A stretch of DNA of 64,000 nt, from contig CBDUYR010000011.1 of the NCBI GenBank assembly GCA_965371515.1, positions 1-64,000 on the forward strand, in the 5' to 3' direction. Shown here piece by piece: positions 9,892 through 19,023 of the stretch; within the stretch, counting starts at the first letter, position 1; every line of letters begins with the position of its first letter. The DNA is from an uncultured bacterium (GTDB lineage: Bacteria; Krumholzibacteriota; Krumholzibacteriia; Krumholzibacteriales; Krumholzibacteriaceae). Below the pieces are notes generated by a model. The model had not been told where the DNA came from, made no database searches, and was given only the letters and a program-made list of their open reading frames with translations. The translations under genes were made by a program, and so were the position numbers.

Positions 9892-10916
9892 CAGACATTC
9901 TCCCTCGTCGGAATGTTCATCACTTCCCTGACTTCCCTCATCGTCTCTTTCGCAATCGCGCGGGCGCTGTCCGCGCCAGCCCCGAGTATATCCCTTACAC
10001 GTTTCGGGGCATCCTCGAGCTCTGCGCGCCTTTCGCGTATCGGCTCCAGAGCGGCGTTCATCTTCTCAGCCAGCTGCATCTTGCAGTCGACACAGCCCCT
10101 CTCGCCCTTCTCGCATTCAGAGCGGATGACGGCAAGCTCGGCCCTGTTGTATATGCCGTGAAATGCGTAGACGACGCAGCCGTCGGGATGGCCCGGGTCG
10201 TCCTTGCGTATCTTGACCGGATCGGTGAACATCGTCCGGATCTTCTTCGTAGTTTCTTCAGCACTGAGGTTCGTCGCGATATAGTTCCCCGAGCTCTTGC
10301 TCATCTTTATATCGACGCCGTCGAGGCCGGGCACCTTGGGCACCTCGGTGAGGAGCGCCTTCGTGATCGGGAAAACATCCCTGCCGTATAGCGAGTTGAA
10401 CCTCTGCCCGAGATCCCGCGTCATGTTGATGTGCGCCTCCTGATCCTTGCCGACGGGGACGAAATCACCCTTGTAGGCAAGGATGTCGGCCGCCTGCAGC
10501 GTAGGATAGCCGAGGAGCCCCAGGCTCGGGTTCTCGATCTTGTAACCCTGAACCATGTCCTTGTAGGTGGGGTTGCGCTCAAGCCAGCCGAGCGGGGTGA
10601 TCATCGAGAAAAGAAGGTGAAGCTCGGCCACCTCGGAGACATGCGACTGGACGAATATCGAACACTTGTCGGGATCGAGTCCTGCGGAGATCCAGTCTAT
10701 GGCCATCTCGTGTACGTTGGTACTGAGATCACCTACGTTCTCGAATCCGACGGCTCCTCCGCCGCCGGGAGTAGTAAGGGCGTGCCAGTCGACGATGAAG
10801 TAGAAGCAATCGTACTCTTCCTGGAGCCTGACCCAGTTATCGAGCGCTCCAAGCAGGTTGCCCAGATGGATGCTTCCCGTCGGCCTCATGCCGCTGGTGA
10901 CCCTTTTCCGTTCCAT
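9891..10916 (-). CDS. trpS: Tryptophan--tRNA ligase (Fe-S motif type)
   Basis: SGMRPTGSIHLGN (HIGH), YPTLQAADIL, VPVGKDQ, KMSKS; C-terminal C-x20-C-x6-C-x2-C. Confidence 0.97.
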   Translation of the reverse strand: MERKRVTSGMRPTGSIHLGNLLGALDNWVRLQEEYDCFYFIVDWHALTTPGGGGAVGFENVGDLSTNVHEMAIDWISAGLDPDKCSIFVQSHVSEVAELHLLFSMITPLGWLERNPTYKDMVQGYKIENPSLGLLGYPTLQAADILAYKGDFVPVGKDQEAHINMTRDLGQRFNSLYGRDVFPITKALLTEVPKVPGLDGVDIKMSKSSGNYIATNLSAEETTKKIRTMFTDPVKIRKDDPGHPDGCVVYAFHGIYNRAELAVIRSECEKGERGCVDCKMQLAEKMNAALEPIRERRAELEDAPKRVRDILGAGADSARAIAKETMREVREVMNIPTRENV

Positions 10917-10935
10917 CGATAATCTCCTTCTGGCG

Positions 10936-10961
10936 AAACCGGTTCTGCAAACCGGTTCTGC
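10936..10961. repeat. 13-bp perfect tandem duplication (AAACCGGTTCTGC x2) in the trpS leader
   Basis: Read directly. Each copy contains the palindrome AACCGGTT; the repeat lies just upstream of the trpS SD (GAAGGAG). Confidence 0.85.
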
Positions 10962-10998
10962 ATTATCGCAATCTTCGTGAATATTTGAAATAAAAAAG

Positions 10999-11072
10999 TA
11001 GGGGTGGCAGGACTTGAACCCGCAACCCCCGGTTTTGGAGACCGGTGCTCTAGCCAGTTGAGCTACACCCCT
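10999..11072 (-). tRNA. tRNA-Trp (anticodon CCA), 3'-CCA not encoded, discriminator A73
   Basis: AGGGGTGTAGCTCAACTGGCTAGAGCACCGGTCTCCAAAACCGGGGGTTGCGGGTTCAAGTCCTGCCACCCCTA folds into a full cloverleaf: acceptor AGGGGTG/CACCCCT, anticodon stem CCGGT/ACCGG, T-loop TTCAAGT. Confidence 0.96.
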
Positions 11073-11096
11073 TTAAACGATTCTATCGTAGGGAAA

Positions 11097-11124
11097 ATAA
11101 TATAGATTCGGGCGGGAAAGTCAA
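11097..11124 (-). promoter_or_regulatory. Putative sigma70 promoter for tRNA-Trp-trpS-tnaA
   Basis: TTGACT-N16-TATTAT on the minus strand, about 25 nt upstream of the tRNA. Confidence 0.65.
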
Positions 11125-11183
11125 GTGATTTGGGCAGGTTACCGGGACAGCCGCCCGTATTCTCTGTCTGCTCCCAAACGTAA

Positions 11184-11212
11184 AGGGAGGGAGCCGACCA
11201 GGCCCCCTCCCT
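11184..11212 (-). terminator. Putative intrinsic terminator after pepD
   Basis: 12-bp stem AGGGAGGGGGCC/GGCTCCCTCCCT with a 5-nt loop and a short U tract. Confidence 0.6.
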
Positions 11213-11236
11213 CTGATTCATCTATCCGGATATCCC

Positions 11237-12691
11237 TCAGCCGGCCAGCTTCGTCAGCAGGGCCGAGAGAAGGTTCCAGAACTGGCCGACGGTGGGCACG
11301 TTGACCCTCTCGTCGGGTGAATGCGGGTGCTCGATGTCCGGGCCGAACGAGACCATGTCCATCCCGGGAAACTTCTCGCCGATGATGCCGCACTCGAGGC
11401 CGGCATGGATGGCGATCGTCTTCGGCTCCTCGCCGAACACTTCCTTGTGAACGCCCTTGAATACCTTGAGAAGGTCCGAGTCGACATTGGGCATCCATCC
11501 CGGGTAAGGCTCGTTCTCTATGATCGCGGCGCCGGCGAGTCGCGCGTCTGCCGAGATCCTGTCGCGCAGGGCCTGAAGCGCTGTCTTTATCGAACTTCTC
11601 GTCGAGGTGCCGATCTTCGCCTCACTATCGGTCATGGCGATCGTGGCGAGGTTGTTCGAGGTCTCTACGAGGCCTTCGATGTCATAATTCATCGCCTCGA
11701 CGCCGTGAGGCAGTGCGATGAGCAGATCGAGAAGCGTCGACTGGCTCTTCTCATCGAGGACCTTTCCGCCGCCGTTCTCCGACGGGGTGAGCGATCCGGC
11801 GAGGCCCTTTTCCTTGCCGCCGAGCTCAATCGCGATCTTCTCGATCCAGTCAGAAACGAGCTCCTCGACATCTTTTACCGCCGTCTCGAGGATCATCAGC
11901 TCTGCGAACGCCTCGCGGGGGATCGCGTTGCGCTTGTTGCCGCCCCTGATCTCGATCAGGTGCGCGGGCTGGCTGCCCGTGATCGTCGCGATGAGACGCG
12001 TGATGATCTTGATCGCATTGCCGCGCTGATCGTTAATATCCAGACCGGAGTGGCCTCCGCGAAGGCCGAACACCTTGAGTGTAAACGGCTTCGTGCCGGC
12101 GGGAGCGTCGTTGCGCGTGAGGGGCAGCGTCAGGTTCGAGTCGCCGCCGCCTGCACAGCCGATCGTGACCTCGCCGAGCTCCTCGCTGTCGAGGTTGAGC
12201 ATGATCTCGCCCTTGAGAAAACCGGGCTGGATCTGGGCCGCACCTGTCAGACCGACTTCCTCGTCAACTGTGGCGAGGATCTCGAGCGGCCCGTGGACCA
12301 GGTCCTCGGCCTCGGCCGTTGCCATACCGGCCGCAAGGCCGATGCCGTTATCAGCGCCGAGGGTCGTGCCCTTCGCCGTGAGCCAGTCGCCGTCCATCTC
12401 GGTCTGGATCGCGTCCTTCATAAAATCGAAATCGAGGTCGGAGTTCTTCTCGCCGACCATGTCCATATGGCCCTGGAGCACGACCACAGGGGCGTTCTCC
12501 TTGCCGGCCGTCGCGGGGACGCGGACTACGACGTTGCCCGCCTTGTCCTGCTCCGCCTCGAGCCCTTTCTCGCCGGCCCACGCCAGCACGTACTCGCCCA
12601 TCCCGGCCTCATTGCCCGAGGTGTGCGGTATCGAAAGGAACTTCTCGAAATGCTTCCAAAGGTTCTTCGGTTCCATGTCGCCTACTGACAT
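11237..12691 (-). CDS. pepD: Aminoacyl-histidine dipeptidase (M20C)
   Basis: LQGHMDMV, TTLGADNGIG, DEEVGLTGA, NLDSEE, GGHSG, IHAGLECG and HSPDE motifs. Confidence 0.95.
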   Translation of the reverse strand: MSVGDMEPKNLWKHFEKFLSIPHTSGNEAGMGEYVLAWAGEKGLEAEQDKAGNVVVRVPATAGKENAPVVVLQGHMDMVGEKNSDLDFDFMKDAIQTEMDGDWLTAKGTTLGADNGIGLAAGMATAEAEDLVHGPLEILATVDEEVGLTGAAQIQPGFLKGEIMLNLDSEELGEVTIGCAGGGDSNLTLPLTRNDAPAGTKPFTLKVFGLRGGHSGLDINDQRGNAIKIITRLIATITGSQPAHLIEIRGGNKRNAIPREAFAELMILETAVKDVEELVSDWIEKIAIELGGKEKGLAGSLTPSENGGGKVLDEKSQSTLLDLLIALPHGVEAMNYDIEGLVETSNNLATIAMTDSEAKIGTSTRSSIKTALQALRDRISADARLAGAAIIENEPYPGWMPNVDSDLLKVFKGVHKEVFGEEPKTIAIHAGLECGIIGEKFPGMDMVSFGPDIEHPHSPDERVNVPTVGQFWNLLSALLTKLAG

Positions 12692-12874
12692 TCTCTTCGA
12701 CCTCCTCTTTCCGTCCGTTCAGTTGATAGATACTGTTGATTTGTATATTTGAGTCCCGGCAGCCCGAGAGCAGGCCGGGCAATGGATTATAATCAAGGCC
12801 GCACAGGCGGTCAAGACTTCCATTGATACCCCCTGTGAAGTATCATGTTCCTGGGCATTATCCTGGAGGCTGAA

Positions 12875-13273
12875 TTGACTAGAGAAATACCCGTGACGAC
12901 CCGCAAGCGCAACGAACTAGTGGACATTACTTCAACGATCCGGGGGCTAATCGACGAGAGCGGCGTCAGCGAGGGGATCTGCCATATCTTCGTCCCACAC
13001 ACGACCGCCGCGGTGACGATCAACGAGAAAGCCGATCCGGCCGTCGCCTCGGATATATCGAACACGCTGGAGAAGATCGTGCCGGCGGACTGGGGATACA
13101 GGCACGCCGAAGGGAACTCCGACTCCCACGTCAAGTCGTCCCTCGTCGGGGCCAGCGAGTTTGTGATAATCACTGAGGGCAGGCCCCTTCTCGGAACGTG
13201 GCAGGCAGTATTCTTCTGCGAGTTCGACGGCCCTCGTTCGAGGCAATGTGTTGTGAGGATAACGGGGGACTAA
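12875..13273 (+). CDS. yjbQ: YjbQ/UPF0047 family protein
   Basis: VPHTTAAVTINE, HAEGNSDSHVK and LGTWQAVFFCEFDGPR; TTG start after GGAGG. Confidence 0.92.
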   Translation: MTREIPVTTRKRNELVDITSTIRGLIDESGVSEGICHIFVPHTTAAVTINEKADPAVASDISNTLEKIVPADWGYRHAEGNSDSHVKSSLVGASEFVIITEGRPLLGTWQAVFFCEFDGPRSRQCVVRITGD

Positions 13274-13405
13274 ATTGATTCAAGCCTGACGGCCGGGCCT
13301 CAGGACTTCCAGATACTCTCCCTGTGCATACGCCGGGACTTCCGGTTTTCTGAAGTTTCTGATGTTGCATGTAATGGTAGCCCTTGCCCCGATCGCCGAC
13401 GCCGT

Positions 13406-14578
13406 TCACCACGGATAGAGGTCGAAGGTGAATCCCAGCGTGATCCTCTCCTCCCTGCCGAAGAAGGGAAGCCTCCTGCCCCAATCGACTGCCAGTTCGA
13501 GATCGGGATGGTACGAGCGTCTCTTCGGACGAGCCAGCGCGTCCCTCAGCAGCAGCCTCACCCTCGAGCGGTGCCAGTACTGCCACGCATCACCTTCCGG
13601 ATAGCATGCCTCCACCCCGTACGAGAGCTGCAGACTTGCCGCCAGGGTCCAGGTGATTCTCGCAGCCAGCAGAGGTCCGCCATCCGACAACCCGCTGCCC
13701 GCCTCGGTCGAATCGTACCAGGCGTACCCCGCCCCAACGTCTATCCCCTTGAAGACACTGGCCGCGTGCCTGTTGATCGGGTCGAAGAGATTGTCGAGCC
13801 TGACCATCCCGACGGCCCTCGCCGTGGATGCGGTGCGCAGGGATCCACCGACGGACGATTCGCGGTCATAAGTATATCCGCCCTCGAAACTCAGCCGTAC
13901 CGGGCCGGTCCAACCCCTCACCGCCGCATCGATCCCGGTCCTCATCCTCGATGCCGACCTCTCAAGGCCACCGCTCGTGTAGGTGGTAGCGTCATGTGTG
14001 AAAAAGGGCGTGACGGAGAACCATCCCCGCCCGAAGACCGGCTCGATGGCAATATCGACCGAACCCTTCGACGAGGTGAAGTCGTACCCTACAGAAAGCC
14101 TGTTGAACCTGTACTCCTCGCCATACGCAGAGAAAGCCGGAGCGATACAGTCGCGGAAGAACCCGGCGGCCCCGCCATCGACGGGAGAGGGATCCCTTCC
14201 CGCCGGGTCACATACAGGCCCGAATTCCCTCGTCGACTGGCCGCCGCCGTATGATATCGAATAGCACCTGCGTCCTTTCAGCCTGCCCGACGATAGGACA
14301 ACGAACCTGCCGCTCTTTCCCCCCGAGACGATCTCTACCCTCGAGGGATTGAACAACTCCCCCGACGAATTATCCGTTATCAGAAAATTGCTCCTGCCGA
14401 GATTCCCGGATTCAAATGAGTCAGCCCGCTCGACCAGGCCGAGTTCGATCCAGTAGTGCCCGCGCTCGAAGAAGACGGCGCATTCGCCGGTGAAATCGGG
14501 CCCGGCGAAGGCCGGTACAGCCCGGGAGATGATCAGAAGAACAAGGACGACCGCCTGAGAAAGAAACATCCTTTTCAT
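13406..14578 (-). CDS. Hypothetical exported protein, possible outer-membrane beta-barrel C-terminal half
   Basis: Signal peptide (..AVPAFA); amphipathic strands ending ITLGFTFDLYPW; overlaps the upstream ORF by ATGA. Confidence 0.6.
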   Translation of the reverse strand: MKRMFLSQAVVLVLLIISRAVPAFAGPDFTGECAVFFERGHYWIELGLVERADSFESGNLGRSNFLITDNSSGELFNPSRVEIVSGGKSGRFVVLSSGRLKGRRCYSISYGGGQSTREFGPVCDPAGRDPSPVDGGAAGFFRDCIAPAFSAYGEEYRFNRLSVGYDFTSSKGSVDIAIEPVFGRGWFSVTPFFTHDATTYTSGGLERSASRMRTGIDAAVRGWTGPVRLSFEGGYTYDRESSVGGSLRTASTARAVGMVRLDNLFDPINRHAASVFKGIDVGAGYAWYDSTEAGSGLSDGGPLLAARITWTLAASLQLSYGVEACYPEGDAWQYWHRSRVRLLLRDALARPKRRSYHPDLELAVDWGRRLPFFGREERITLGFTFDLYPW

Positions 14579-14886
14579 GGCTGCTCCTCCCCGCCACGGC
14601 GCGCGCCGGCGCGAAGGAGATGCTCGGCGAACTGGACGAAACTCTCGCGCCGGTCGTAGTGGGCAACGGCCTTCTCGCCGATGCCCATCGACTCACCCAG
14701 CGCTTTGAGTATGTCGTCGAGCGTATCCCCGTCGGGGACGTACTGCGCCTCAAAATCGCTGATCGAAGGCGGTTTCTCCGGCTCGATATATAATTCCAGG
14801 AAATCTTCCCTGCTGATGCCGGTCCTCGAGGAGAATACATCGGCGATCTCCCCGTAGATCCACTTCCTTCTCTCCGTCCAGCTCAT
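14575..14886 (-). CDS. Small hypothetical protein
   Basis: ATG 14886 after GGAGGG; translationally coupled to the next gene; plausible helical composition. Confidence 0.55.
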   Translation of the reverse strand: MSWTERRKWIYGEIADVFSSRTGISREDFLELYIEPEKPPSISDFEAQYVPDGDTLDDILKALGESMGIGEKAVAHYDRRESFVQFAEHLLRAGARRGGEEQP

Positions 14887-14934
14887 GAACCCCTCCATGT
14901 GACAGATTCGTCGGCAGATTTTTTATATTTGGTC

Positions 14935-15366
14935 TTATTGGAGAGAGATATTAATACATCGGCGTCTTGTGTGGCAAGGACGAGAAAACAATCGGGTCCG
15001 GATCAGAAAAAATATAAAAACGGGATAAGGCCCGAGATCGGAGCCCGCAAGGGCGGGCATCCTGTTCGATTCCCGCAGTATTGCCCCCTTGACCTGGAAG
15101 TTGATCATCGTAGTGATGTCGAGAAGCGTGTTGGTAGTCAGCTGGACCCTGTCCCTCAACCCGAATCCCGTCTCGCCCAGGCCGATCTGGACGTTCGCCC
15201 CGTTGCCGAGGATATATCCCGTATCTAGGCTGAAGAGCTTCGTGGGATATTCCATATGCGGCGGTTTTTCACACAGAGCATCGCCCGGATACAGTACGAT
15301 TACTGCCGTAAAGGCAATCGACGCCCCGATCTCGCAGATTTTTCTTAATTCCTTATGAATATTCAT
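14935..15366 (-). pseudogene. Probable truncated exported/outer-membrane protein fragment
   Basis: Signal peptide and beta-strand-like segment (..NFQVKGAILRESNRMPALA), then runs into AT-rich, non-protein-like sequence. Confidence 0.35.
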
Positions 15367-15806
15367 GTTCCGTCCGGTTCCCGGCGTATCCGACTGAAAA
15401 AAAACCAATCGGAATCGCCCGTGAGGACGGAAGTGAGCAAAAAAAATGCCGCCTGAAAACGACCATAAGCTCCTTTGAAGTGGAAAGCAATCCTAAGGGA
15501 CTCTCACTGGAGCGTTGCTGGTCAGACCTGACGAATCAGGTGGAAGCCTTCTCCCGATAAGCGGCTCATCTCCTAGGGGAAGAGATGGGGTTTTTGTGGT
15601 AGGAAGGAAAAAACTCCCGTTAAATCCAGGCGGCAAACCCGTCGATATTTGTTTATCTCTATTCTTTAAACGACCTCCGCAGTGCCTTACTCCGGGTGCG
15701 TGATCATACGTCGTGCTCTGATGTCTTGGAAGACCGATTAATGATAGCTTATACCGGCCGGTATTACTATAGGGGATTCGACCTATTTTCGTGCGGGTTT
15801 ATCGAG

Positions 15807-16472
15807 TCACCGCTCCAGGTCGAGATCGACGAGGCCTATCTGGATCGCATAGCGCACAAGCCCCGCCGTCTCGTGGATACCGAGCTTGTTCATGATATTC
15901 GCCCGGTGGTTTTCCACCGTCTTGACGCTGATAAACTTCTTCTCCCCGATCAACTTGCTCGTGTATCCCTCGGCGATCAGCTGGAGGATCTCCCTCTCCC
16001 GGAGAGTAAGTCTGCTGAACTCGTCGGTCGACTTGCCGGACTTCTTGTGTTTCTCGTATTTTTCCAGCGCATCGATCGGCACCTCGGGGCTCAGATAGAG
16101 CTCCCCGGTCATGACCGTTTCGATCGCCTGCAGGAGTATCTTTATGTCCTCTCCCTTCACCACGTAGCCGTCAGCTCCCGCATCGAGCGCGCCGAAGAGA
16201 TAGTTCTCTTCATCGTGTATCGTCAGGATGATCACTTTCGTTCCCGGGACGTCCTTTTTGATACGGGTCGTCGCCTCTATCCCTCTCATGATAGGCATAC
16301 TGATATCCATGATGACTACATCCGGGGACAGTTCCATCGCCCGGGTTATGGCGTCCTGGCCGTTGTCGACCTCGCCGACGACCTCGATGGACTCCTCCTC
16401 GACGAGCCGCCTCACACCCTGCCTCACGATCGTATGGTCCTCGGCCAGCAGCACTCTGATTTTATTCATCAT
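15807..16472 (-). CDS. NarL/LuxR family DNA-binding response regulator
   Basis: LLAEDHTIVRQG and DVVIMDISMP receiver; LTLREREILQLIAEG...SVKTVENHRANIMNKL HTH. Start moved to the ATG overlapping the kinase stop. Confidence 0.95.
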   Translation of the reverse strand: MMNKIRVLLAEDHTIVRQGVRRLVEEESIEVVGEVDNGQDAITRAMELSPDVVIMDISMPIMRGIEATTRIKKDVPGTKVIILTIHDEENYLFGALDAGADGYVVKGEDIKILLQAIETVMTGELYLSPEVPIDALEKYEKHKKSGKSTDEFSRLTLREREILQLIAEGYTSKLIGEKKFISVKTVENHRANIMNKLGIHETAGLVRYAIQIGLVDLDLER

Positions 16473-19023
16473 CCTGTCCTTCCATCGGTATGGACGCGCG
16501 AATCCTCGTTCCACGGCCCGGAGCGGAATATATTTTGAATCTGCCCCCCATTCCCTCGAGCCGCTCCCGCATGTTTATTATGCCGAGGCCCTTCCCTCTG
16601 GACTCCTCTCCACCCGGGGTAAAGCCCCTGCCGTCATCCTCTATCGTCAGTATCAGGTCCGGATACCCCCGAATGATCCTGATCGTAACATTCCGTGCCT
16701 CCGCATGCCTCAAGACATTCGTAAGCGCTTCCTGCGCAACGCGATACATCGCCAGCGCCTCTTTACCGATCAGCTTGCCGTCGAATCCCGTCGTAACGAG
16801 TTCCACACGGAGATCATCGCTCTCGATGAATCCGTCGATATACGAGCGCAGCGCGGGCCGCAATCCCAGATCCTCCAGCACGGCAGGATGGATCGAGTAC
16901 GACATCTTCCGAACGTTCCGTGTGAGCTCTTTCAGTTGCTCTTTGATCTTGGCGAGAGTTTCCTTGGGCTTATTCTCGCAGGATTCGAGTTCATTTTCAA
17001 GAAAAAGAATCTCCCCGTTGACGGCGACGAGCTCCTGCCCCAGCTCGTCGTGGAGCTTCAGGGCCATCATGGTCCTCTCTTTCTCGAGCAGGCCGATCAG
17101 ATTGACCGTTAGATCCTTCAGCTCTTTCTCGTGCCATTTTCTGTCTGCCAGCAGTTCGCGCCTTTCGAACTGCAGGGCGACCTGGCTTCTTATAGTCTCG
17201 AAATAACGGATCTTTCTCGCTTCGAGGCCGCGCTCCTTCCCGTAACCGATCATATAGATCGCTATAGTCCTGTCCCTGACGCTTACCGGGAACACGACCG
17301 TCTGCAGGACCCCGAGGCGTCTTATCGCATCCGCCCTGTCCCGGGGATATCCTCCGACGTCTTCGAGCACGATGACTTTGCCTTCTTCGATCACCCTGGC
17401 CGCGGCTGTTTCGTCGACCTGCGTTTGCATGAATTCCCGGGCGAAATCCGCGGGCACATTCCTCGTTACCAACAGGACTATCTCGCGGGACTCTTCATCG
17501 ACTATGCAGACACACGCAAGCAATGATTCACTGTTCACGAGCATCGCATCGAGCACTCCTTCCAGGATCTTCGGATCTTCCGTCTCCGTGTCGAATATAT
17601 CCCTTATCCTGTTGACTGCGGCAAGCTCCCTGTTTCGCCTCGCGAGCTTTACCTCGGCGGTCTTCCGGTCGTTGATATCCTTTACCGCGATCATTCCCCT
17701 CGGATACCCCTCTTCCGAGGGCGACAGAGGCTTGGCAACGGCCTCGACCCACACGTCGTCACCCGATTTCGCGACCATCCTGAACTCGACCGATTCGATC
17801 GGCTGCTGCTCCTTCAGTCCGGGCAGGACATCCATCAGCTTCGGACGGTCAGCCGGGTGGATGATGCTGAACTCGTCAAGCATCTCTTTCAGCTCTTCTT
17901 GCGAATAGCCTGTTATCTTTTCGAACGCGCCGGCCATCCACTCCCTGCGCAGGGTGCCGTCGGGAAGGAGTGTGGCGACGAAGGTGTAGTCTGACGTCAT
18001 CTCGGAAATTGTACGGTACTTCTGTTCCGATTCTACAAGCGCGTCCTGGGTCTTCTCCCGCTGGGCGATCTCCTCTCTCAGAAGCCTGTTGGCCTCCTCC
18101 AGCTCGGCCGTCCTCTCCCTGACAAGTTCCTGGAGATGATCGCGGTGTTCCTTGAGTTCCTTCTCGGCGCTCACCCTGGCGGTGACGTTCTCCGTATGGA
18201 CCATCACGGTGTCGGGGGGTACGAACACGTACTTGACCGACAGGTCCCATCTCTCCGCGATCACGTCATTATAAAAATCCATCTCCTTCTCGAACGTCTT
18301 TTTCTCGGAAAAGCATTTCTCGAGATCCTCGAGGATTCGGGGCCTGCCCCTTAGAAAATCGTCGGCCCTCTTCCCGACGTCATCCACCACGTGCCCCTTC
18401 GTCATCTCCAAAGCGGCGTCGTTGTAGTCCTCGAAGACAAAGGTGTCGTCCTGCCTTCTGAAGGTATATGTAGGAACAGGCAGGGCCTTGAAAAGTGTCC
18501 TTACGTACTCCTCGCTCTTGCGAAGCGATTTCTCCGCCTCACGACGCTCCATTACCTGGGCGGCGAGCATCTCGTTCGCTTCTTCCAGCTCGGCGGTTCT
18601 CACCTTTACGGTCTCCTCGAGCCGGTCGCGGTATTCCTTGAGATCGGTGCGTGTGTGCTCGAGTTCCGAGATGTCCCTGAACATGACTACGACGACGGGC
18701 GCGCCGCCGTCCGATATGAAGTCGACCGATATCTGAAACGTCCTCACCGTTCCGTCGACCTCGAGCGTCCTCATCGTCACGTTCCGGCATCCCGGGGCGA
18801 GATCGGCCTTTATCTCCTCTATCCCGGGACGCAGCTCGGGCATATCGATAACGGAATCCTTCTGGCCTGTATAGTCGATGTCGAAATCGAGGCGGTGCAG
18901 CACCTTCCACGCCCTGTTGCAGTAGATAAACGTCCCGTCCGGATTGAACATAGCGATCGCGTCGTTGGCGTGATCGATCCCTTCGATTATCCTTCCGAGC
19001 CGTTCGAATTCCTGCTGCGTCAT
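16462..19023 (-). CDS. Multi-PAS/GAF sensor histidine kinase (HisKA_3 type)
   Basis: Three PAS-like units with coiled-coil linkers, GAF, H-box LHDELGQ, QEALTNVLRHA, DDGRGF and GLGIINMRER. Confidence 0.92.
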   Translation of the reverse strand: MTQQEFERLGRIIEGIDHANDAIAMFNPDGTFIYCNRAWKVLHRLDFDIDYTGQKDSVIDMPELRPGIEEIKADLAPGCRNVTMRTLEVDGTVRTFQISVDFISDGGAPVVVVMFRDISELEHTRTDLKEYRDRLEETVKVRTAELEEANEMLAAQVMERREAEKSLRKSEEYVRTLFKALPVPTYTFRRQDDTFVFEDYNDAALEMTKGHVVDDVGKRADDFLRGRPRILEDLEKCFSEKKTFEKEMDFYNDVIAERWDLSVKYVFVPPDTVMVHTENVTARVSAEKELKEHRDHLQELVRERTAELEEANRLLREEIAQREKTQDALVESEQKYRTISEMTSDYTFVATLLPDGTLRREWMAGAFEKITGYSQEELKEMLDEFSIIHPADRPKLMDVLPGLKEQQPIESVEFRMVAKSGDDVWVEAVAKPLSPSEEGYPRGMIAVKDINDRKTAEVKLARRNRELAAVNRIRDIFDTETEDPKILEGVLDAMLVNSESLLACVCIVDEESREIVLLVTRNVPADFAREFMQTQVDETAAARVIEEGKVIVLEDVGGYPRDRADAIRRLGVLQTVVFPVSVRDRTIAIYMIGYGKERGLEARKIRYFETIRSQVALQFERRELLADRKWHEKELKDLTVNLIGLLEKERTMMALKLHDELGQELVAVNGEILFLENELESCENKPKETLAKIKEQLKELTRNVRKMSYSIHPAVLEDLGLRPALRSYIDGFIESDDLRVELVTTGFDGKLIGKEALAMYRVAQEALTNVLRHAEARNVTIRIIRGYPDLILTIEDDGRGFTPGGEESRGKGLGIINMRERLEGMGGRFKIYSAPGRGTRIRASIPMEGQDDE

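Noticed and set aside
10917..10998. T-box or tnaC-type leader for trpS/tnaA
   Set aside because: Only 82 nt lie between the tRNA and trpS, with no T-box consensus and no Trp-containing leader peptide seen.
10999..11072. tRNA as an integration site of a genomic island
   Set aside because: No integrase nearby, no duplicated tRNA 3' end noticed, and the flanking genes have host-like composition.
14575..14886. Acyl carrier protein-like motif (GDTLDDILKALGESMGI)
   Set aside because: It lacks the phosphopantetheine Ser (DSL) and has no fatty acid or PKS context.
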